Assembly (NCBI GenBank): GCA_963704435.1 | Contig: OY969902.1 | Location: forward strand, 390,001-422,000 | Origin: an uncultured archaeon | Lineage (GTDB): Archaea > Micrarchaeota > Micrarchaeia > Micrarchaeales > CABMGC01 | DNA: 32,000 nucleotides | Direction: 5' to 3' | Shown: piece after piece, positions 26,438 to 32,000 of the stretch | How positions within the stretch are numbered: position 1 is the stretch's first letter | Layout: every line of letters starts with the position of its first letter | The notes under the pieces: model-generated | What the model was told of the DNA's origin: nothing | Database searches by the model: none | Seen by the model: the letters and a program-made list of their open reading frames with translations, nothing else | Made by a program: the position numbers and the translations under genes

Positions 26438-26701
26438 TTGATTATGCCATATGCCGAAATCCTGGGCCTGATCGCAGGCTTCTTCACGACGGTTGCATAT
26501 GTGCCGCAGGCAATAAAGGCATTCAAGACAAAGTCCACGAAGGATCTCTCAATACTGTGGCTCTCGATTGCGGGGTTTGGAGCCACATTGTGGATCTTTT
26601 ACGGATTCTCGATAGGCTCCATCCCCATAATAGTATGGAATGCTGGAGGAGACGTCCTGATTGCGATACTTATAATATTGAAGTCAAAATACAACCGATA
26701 A
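26438..26701 (+). CDS. SemiSWEET / PQ-loop family transporter
   Basis: ILGLIAGFFTTVAYVPQAIKAFKTKSTKDLSILWLSIAGFGATLWIFYGFSIGSIPIIVWN; ATG alternative at 26444. Confidence 0.88.
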   Translation: MIMPYAEILGLIAGFFTTVAYVPQAIKAFKTKSTKDLSILWLSIAGFGATLWIFYGFSIGSIPIIVWNAGGDVLIAILIILKSKYNR

Positions 26702-26718
26702 GCGGTTCTGGTGGATAA

Positions 26719-27393
26719 ATGCCATATGAGAGTAGCATACTGATGAGGCTCAAGGAACTAGGCAGCCCCGAAGCGCTCGAGGGCATGGCAAAATTCGGGA
26801 TAAACACCACGTCGGCGTACGGGGTATCGGTCACGGAACTGCGCAGGATGGCAAAAAGGATCGGACAGAACCGCGACCTTGCCCTTAAGCTGTGGGCATC
26901 AGGGATCCACGAGGCGCGCATCCTTGCCGGAATGGTCGACGAGCCGGAGAGGGTGACCGAAAGGCAGATGGACGCATGGGTGAGGGATTTCGATTCCTGG
27001 GATGTCTGCGACCAGGTATGCAGCAACCTCTTCGACAAGACCGAGTTCGCCTACAAGAAGGCCCTCGAATGGAGCCACGCGAGGGAGGAGTTCGTCAAGA
27101 GGGCGGGCTTCGTCATGATGGCCTGCCTGGCAGTGCACGACAGGACGGCGAGGGACAAGGATCTCGAAAGATTCCTGCCGATCATAGTAAGGGAAGCCAA
27201 TGACGAGAGAAACTACGTAAAGAAGGCCGTGAATTGGGCGCTGCGCCAGATTGGGAAAAGGGACCCGAGGCTGAACAGGAGCGCGATTGCGACAGCAAAA
27301 GAGATACAGAAGATCGATTCGCCCTCTGCGCGATGGATAGCCGCCGATGCCCTGAGGGAGCTCGAGAAGAAGAAGTTCGCGGATCCCCGGTGA
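26719..27393 (+). CDS. AlkD-like DNA alkylation repair (HEAT-like) protein
   Basis: GVSVTELRRMAKRIGQNRDLALKLWASGIHEARILAGMVDEP...WVRDFDSWDVCDQVCSNLFDKT...NYVKKAVNWALRQIGKRD. Confidence 0.87.
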   Translation: MPYESSILMRLKELGSPEALEGMAKFGINTTSAYGVSVTELRRMAKRIGQNRDLALKLWASGIHEARILAGMVDEPERVTERQMDAWVRDFDSWDVCDQVCSNLFDKTEFAYKKALEWSHAREEFVKRAGFVMMACLAVHDRTARDKDLERFLPIIVREANDERNYVKKAVNWALRQIGKRDPRLNRSAIATAKEIQKIDSPSARWIAADALRELEKKKFADPR

Positions 27394-27508
27394 ACAGGGC
27401 GCCATTTCTGGGCGGACACAAATGTCCCACGCTTATTTTATGCGAAGTAAATCAAATGCACAATCAGCTTAAAAAGCTTGAACGAGAAGCCCAAACAAGG
27501 GTGGGTAT

Positions 27509-28024
27509 ATGCAAGGCAACTACGAACGTCCCAAGACGAGCAGCGATAGGCAGTCGCTCATGGTCAGCGAGATAATGAGCAGCCCCGTAATAACCGCGAC
27601 GGAGAGGACGAGCATCAGGGACATAGCGAAGATGATGAGCAAGCACAGGATAGACGCCGTGGTCATAGCCAACAAGCAGAACGAGCCCGTAGGGATGGTC
27701 ACCGGAGGCGACATAGTAAAGAAGCTCGTATCGAGAAAGAGGAACCTGCTATTCTCCAAGGCGAAGCACATAATGAGCAAGCCTGTCGTAACCGTCGCGA
27801 GGCCGGTGAAGCTGGAGGACGCTGCCAGGAGAATGGTCGAGAGGAAGGTGAAGAAGCTGTGCGTCGTCGACGAGGGCAACAAGGTGATAGGGATCGTCAC
27901 GTCCTCGGACATAACGAAGAACGCGAGCCACCTGATAGACGTGCTGGAGGAGATAATAGGCACGGGCTACGTGCTTGCGGACGAGGCGGCGGAAGCCGCT
28001 GCGCAGGGCAGCCTAGAGGCCTAG
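27509..28024 (+). CDS. two-CBS-domain protein
   Basis: VSEIMSSPVITATERTSIRDIAKMMSKHRIDAVVI...HIMSKPVVTVARPVKLEDAARRMVERKVKKLCVVDEGNKVIGIVTSSDI. Confidence 0.9.
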   Translation: MQGNYERPKTSSDRQSLMVSEIMSSPVITATERTSIRDIAKMMSKHRIDAVVIANKQNEPVGMVTGGDIVKKLVSRKRNLLFSKAKHIMSKPVVTVARPVKLEDAARRMVERKVKKLCVVDEGNKVIGIVTSSDITKNASHLIDVLEEIIGTGYVLADEAAEAAAQGSLEA

Positions 28025-29429
28025 GGGCGCGAGTAGCAGGCCCGGAAGGATTCCCAGGACGACCGTGGCGCATATGAGGATTCCCGCGGCAGCGTACACT
28101 CCCTTCTTCGGGCTCTCGAAGGGCTCGGTGAAGCCCGTGACGGGCATGAACGATTTCTCTATCACGAAGAACAGGAACGCCCCCGCGAGCGCGACGGAAA
28201 CCAGCGGGGCTATGCCCGCTATGCCGTACGCCTCGAACGCCCCAGAGGCACTGAGGAAGTAGCCGATGAACCCGCTCGTGAGGGGAAGCCCGATGAAGGC
28301 GAACGTGCAGAAGATGAAAGAGTATGCGAGGTAGGGCATGCTGTTCATGATACCCTTTACCTTTCCGAAAAGTAGCGTTCCATAGGATTCGTCCACTGCG
28401 CCGGAGACCAGGAACAGCATCGAGGATACGATTCCCTGGCCGAGCAGCAGGTATAGCCCTCCGGCAGTTCCGATCTGGTTAAGCGATACGAGGCCTATCG
28501 CGGCTATTCCCGACCCGACCATGCCGATGTATGCGGCAATCCTTTTCAGGTCCGACTGCCGGATTGCGACAAGCGACGCGTAAATCGCCGAGAAGCCGAA
28601 GAGCACAGCAAGGTACTTCGCATATACTGATACGACGGGCAACATCAGAATCAGGAGGAGCAGGCCGTAGGCCCCGGACTTGAAAAGCATTCCGGATTGA
28701 AGCATGCCTGCAGTCGCGGGCGACTCCGCCTGCGCGCTCTCCAGCCAGGAATGGAAGGGGAACACGGGCATCTTTATTATGAACGCTAGTAGGAGGAGGA
28801 GCATTGCGAGGAACTGCGCACCTTGCGGGATGGAAGCGGACTGGCTTATGATTGAGGCGATGTCGAACGTGTGGGTCGGAACGTTCGCGTAGATGACCAT
28901 TATCCCGAGGAGGAGGGCAAGGCTCGCCACCGTGGAGTATATCAGGAACTTTATGGCGGCGTACCGCCTCTCCTGGCCCCCAAACACGTGTATCATGAAG
29001 AACATCGCGACGTCGCACAGCTCCCAGAATGCGAAGAACAGGAACAGGCTGCCCGACAGGAAGATTCCAAGCGCTGAAGCTTCCGTGAGGAGGAAGAGCA
29101 CGCCGTAAATCCTGTGCGACTCCTTCACGAAGGAGCCGGCGCAGACGGACGCCGACAGGAGGACTACCGCAGACAGCACCAGGAATATCCCGCTATATCC
29201 TGTGAGTTGGAAGTTCACGTTTATTCCGAGGGAAGGAAGATACGCGTAACTGAAAGAGAGAGCGACTAAGCCGCTGTTTGCACTAACATAAAATACGTAC
29301 AGCGTCAGTAGGAAGACTATCGCGGAAGAAAGCGTCGCAATCTTTAGCGAGTGGCGCTCTCCGGCAAGAAGTACAGGTATGATGAACGCCACGGGAATGA
29401 GGACAAGGAGTGGCAACAGGGGAAACACA
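28013..29429 (-). CDS. nuoM: NuoM-like (proton antiporter family) complex I subunit
   Basis: FFAFWELCDVAMFFMIHVFG, FIIKMPVFPFHSWLESAQAESPATAGML, KRIAAYIGMVGSGIAAIG. ORF track extends to 29887, but sequence before about 29429 is antisense to cdc6/intergenic; GTG start at 29429 proposed. Confidence 0.85.
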
Positions 29430-29476
29430 GCATCACCGCCGCGCACGCCGCAGCAGATAGTGAAACTGAATTCAGG

Positions 29477-29484
29477 TTTATATA
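29477..29484 (+). promoter_or_regulatory. archaeal TATA box upstream of cdc6
   Basis: gTTTATATAcgtt, 77 nt before ATG 29561; identical core to the 12316 element. Confidence 0.45.
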
Positions 29485-29560
29485 CGTTAATGTGAGCCGT
29501 GGGAGGAGCCACAGAAGAGTTTAATAAGAATAATTGCAAAACAGCTATAAGGGGCAGAGA

Positions 29561-30787
29561 ATGGACCAGAGATTCGCAGATTTGTTCAAGGAGTCCAAGA
29601 TATTCGCCAACCGGGAGGTGCTGTCCCCTCACTACATGCCCGACGTGCTGCCCTTCAGGGACAAGCAGATAAATGACATAGTGAAGTCGCTCACCCCGTC
29701 GCTTAGGGGCGAGAGGGGAAGGAACATATTCATCTACGGCAAGACTGGGACCGGGAAGACCTCGTGCATGAAGCACGTGATAAACGAGGTCAGGAGCCTG
29801 CCTGTCGTGAAGGTGAGGATATCCTACGTCAACTGCAGGATATACAACTCCAGGTACCGGGTGCTCAGCAAGATAGCCAGCGACCACCTTCCGCTCTACG
29901 CCAAGCGCGGCTACGGAGTCGTCGAGATCTACGAGAAGATAATCAACTGGATAGAGGAGGACGGGAAGGTCCTTCTGGTCATTCTCGACGAGATTGACAT
30001 AGTCAAGGACCTCGACGACCTGGTGTACACGCTGACCAGGGCGAACAGCGACCTAAGGTCTGGCGGGATAACTATCGTCGGCATATCGAACAAGACGAAC
30101 TTCAAGGAGCAGCTGGACCCCAGGAGCCTGTCCACCCTGTACGAGAACGAGCTGGTCTTCCCTCCTTACAATTCGAACGAGCTCGCGACGATACTGGAGG
30201 ACAGGGCCGCGAAGGGCTTCAGGCCAGGAGTAATAAGGCAGGAGACGCTGAGGCTCGCGGCCGCGATAGCCGCAAAGGAGAGCGGCGACGCAAGGCTCGC
30301 CCTGAAGATAATATCCAAGGCGGGCGAGCTCGCGGAGGAGCACGGGCTCACCGGGATAAACGCGAAGGAGGTACAGGCGGCCGCGCAGGACGCCGAGGAG
30401 GAGATAGCCTACGAGGTAATATCCACGCTGCCCGAGCACCAGAAGCTGGTGCTCTACGCCATCGCCCTGCTCGAGCTGCAGGGCAGCAGGTACAAGAAGC
30501 TCGTGGACGGGGACGACTCGCTGATGTTCAGCGGCGAGGTGTACGCCAGGTACGCCAAGCTGTCCGAATCGCTGAAGAGGGACGCGAAGAGCAACAGGTG
30601 GTACAGGAAGTACATAACCGACCTGGAGATGCAGGGGCTCATAGTGACCTACCAGTCCGGCAAGGGTGTGAGGGGCCACACCAAGCTCGTGAAGCTGTCC
30701 TACCCCGCCAACAAGATAAAGGACACGATAGAGAAGAGCATATTCATGGAAAGCGAGGCCAAGGGAGACGCCAGCGTCGTTGCTTGA
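29561..30787 (+). CDS. cdc6: Orc1/Cdc6 replication initiator
   Basis: ENREVLSPHYMPD..., FIYGKTGTGKTSCMKHVI, LLVILDEIDIVKDLDDLVYTLTRAN, IVGISNKTNFKEQLDPR, C-terminal winged helix; ATG start at 29561. Confidence 0.95.
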   Translation: MDQRFADLFKESKIFANREVLSPHYMPDVLPFRDKQINDIVKSLTPSLRGERGRNIFIYGKTGTGKTSCMKHVINEVRSLPVVKVRISYVNCRIYNSRYRVLSKIASDHLPLYAKRGYGVVEIYEKIINWIEEDGKVLLVILDEIDIVKDLDDLVYTLTRANSDLRSGGITIVGISNKTNFKEQLDPRSLSTLYENELVFPPYNSNELATILEDRAAKGFRPGVIRQETLRLAAAIAAKESGDARLALKIISKAGELAEEHGLTGINAKEVQAAAQDAEEEIAYEVISTLPEHQKLVLYAIALLELQGSRYKKLVDGDDSLMFSGEVYARYAKLSESLKRDAKSNRWYRKYITDLEMQGLIVTYQSGKGVRGHTKLVKLSYPANKIKDTIEKSIFMESEAKGDASVVA

Positions 30788-30791
30788 TCAC

Positions 30792-31310
30792 ATGCGGTTT
30801 TTCGACATAGTTGCCCTGAAGGAGGAAATGAGCATGGAGCCCCTAGCCCGCAGGCTCGGCTTCAGGAGGATCTTCCTCGCCGGGAAGGACTTCGAGATCT
30901 CCGCCGATATAAAGAACCTGGGCGAGGAGGGCAAGCACATAGTCAGGAGCGGGAACAACGAGGTCCTGTCCAAGGCCATGAGGAACAACGCAGTCGTGGG
31001 CGTGGTGCTCGATGATGGCAAGGCCAGCGGAAAGTTCATAGAGGAGCTGCGCACGCATGAGAAGCTCCTGTTCATTCCGGTTGCGCCGCTCGTCTGCCCG
31101 AACCAGGAGAGCAGGTTGAGGAACCTCCACAGGGCAAAAGGGATCCTGAGGACGGCGCTGATGGGGAAGGCCGCGGTGTCCCTGGTGACGCTGGCAGAGG
31201 AAAGGGAATGCCTGCTGTCAAGCGTGCAGCTGTTCGAGATCGCGAAGCTGCTCGGCGCGAGCGACAGGGTCGCGGGCGAGATGCTCAATTCTGCGGGTGA
31301 TTCGCTATGA
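30792..31310 (+). CDS. rnp3: RNase P protein component 3 (Rpp30 family, PHP fold)
   Basis: MRFFDIVAL...EEMSMEPLARRLGFRRIFLA...DVVALK-like start, VVGVVLDDGKA, SRLRNLHRAKGILRTALMGKAAVSLV; followed by Pop5. Confidence 0.78.
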   Translation: MRFFDIVALKEEMSMEPLARRLGFRRIFLAGKDFEISADIKNLGEEGKHIVRSGNNEVLSKAMRNNAVVGVVLDDGKASGKFIEELRTHEKLLFIPVAPLVCPNQESRLRNLHRAKGILRTALMGKAAVSLVTLAEERECLLSSVQLFEIAKLLGASDRVAGEMLNSAGDSL

Positions 31311-31633
31311 TATTCAGGAGGAAGCTGAGGTACGTGCTCATTGAGGCGAGCCACGACGTCAACCTGGCGGACAAGAGCGTGGCGGACGATCTGAAGGCGA
31401 AGTTGCGCGGGATGATGGGCGAGTCAGCCTACTTCAGGGCGAACGCGCATCTGGCTGCGCAGCTCAGGGAGGACGTTTTCATAATCAGCGTGAACAGGGG
31501 ACTCGAAAGGGAGATCGCGCTCGCGCTTTCGTTCATAAAGACGCTCGGCGGGGAGAAGGTGGGCTTCTACACAATAAAGACTTCAGGAACTATAAAGAGC
31601 CTGAAGGTGTATTTTTCCAAGACGTACGCTTAG
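31307..31633 (+). CDS. rnp2: RNase P protein component 2 (Pop5 family)
   Basis: RKLRYVLIEA...VADDLKAKLRGMMGESAYFRANAHL...VGFYTIKTSGTIKSLKVYFSKTY; ATGA overlap with rnp3. Confidence 0.87.
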   Translation: MIFRRKLRYVLIEASHDVNLADKSVADDLKAKLRGMMGESAYFRANAHLAAQLREDVFIISVNRGLEREIALALSFIKTLGGEKVGFYTIKTSGTIKSLKVYFSKTYA

Positions 31634-31787
31634 TGGTATCCCTTCATAGCCAATCGGGCGTAGATTCACTACTACCAAGTTTTTATTGCCTCGATAGCTT
31701 AAGGAATTATGCCCCGCTTGAACTTACTGTTACCAAAGTCTCCACGATTATAATTGGCTAAGCGGGATTTATGGACTTTGCAAACAT

Positions 31788-32000
31788 CTATGGCCTGAAC
31801 AATTCTTCGAACCTCTGGGAGACCCTTTTCCTCAAAGTGTATGTATCGGCAAACCGCGCGTAGGCGAGCCAGCCCTCTAGGCTATTCCGAGCCTTCTCCC
31901 TTGTAATCTCTCCGTCACAATATTTGCGTTTAAGATTTTCAAGACGTTTCCAGATTCTTCTGGCGTTGCTTTTCTTTAGGAGCCTGTAGCGTCGGAATAT
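31788..32000 (-). CDS. C-terminal fragment of a probable reverse transcriptase (truncated by the window edge)
   Basis: Read directly, not in the ORF track: IFRRYRLLKKSNARRIWKRLENLKRKYCDGEITREKARNSLEGWLAYARFADTYTLRKRVSQRFEELFRP*. Resembles the (K/R)RL..L...Y..G.I...E...SL..WL.(H/Y)A..A.TY.LR C-terminus of DGR/retron-like and other prokaryotic RTs. Confidence 0.65.
   Translation of the reverse strand: MFRRYRLLKKSNARRIWKRLENLKRKYCDGEITREKARNSLEGWLAYARFADTYTLRKRVSQRFEELFRP

Noticed and set aside
29534-29560. N-terminal extension MQNSYKGQR of Cdc6
   Set aside because: Non-ATG start followed by a better ATG at 29561 after a purine-rich ggggcagaga leader.
29430-29887. N-terminal extension of the 624 aa NuoM ORF
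   Set aside because: Runs antisense into cdc6 and has non-membrane random-looking sequence; a GTG at 29429 gives a normal NuoM N-terminus.
31634-31787. Group II intron 3' end next to the RT fragment
   Set aside because: No recognisable domain V hairpin (GAGC...GUUC-like with GNRA-type loop) found by eye; cannot call an intron, though a formal covariance search would settle it.
1-32000. CRISPR array or cas genes
   Set aside because: No regularly spaced direct repeats noticed on reading and no Cas-like proteins among the ORFs.

Overview
This 32 kb window looks archaeal. It carries PCNA, the primase large subunit, Orc1/Cdc6, two RNase P proteins, D-aminoacyl-tRNA deacylase DtdA, and a tRNA-Tyr with an anticodon-loop intron. 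The gene content resembles a DPANN/Micrarchaeota-like genome; this is an inference, and no database was searched. Main contents: (i) a left-edge cluster of three membrane proteins resembling archaeal T4SS-like (VirB6/VirB4-N) components; (ii) two AsnC/Lrp-related proteins; (iii) a large repeat-bearing surface protein; (iv) a PCNA-PriL-zinc microprotein cluster; (v) an encapsulated-ferritin-like protein; (vi) a run of cytosine-deaminase-like, HemN-like radical SAM and YcaQ-like genes; (vii) a complex I (Nuo/Fpo-like) locus A-B-C-D-H-I-J-K-'L'-N, with a NuoM-like gene about 5 kb away on the opposite strand; (viii) a double-AAA CDC48-like ATPase fused to a large multi-TM N-terminal region; (ix) two SemiSWEET genes flanking tRNA-Asp; (x) the C-terminus of a probable reverse transcriptase entering from the right edge, absent from the supplied ORF track, next to a structured AT-rich non-coding stretch. 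The most interesting leads are the RT fragment with its neighbouring non-coding DNA (possible DGR or other retroelement), the half-size NuoL lacking expected channel residues, the membrane CDC48 fusion, the EncFtn-like protein, and the T4SS-like cluster. No CRISPR array was seen by eye.
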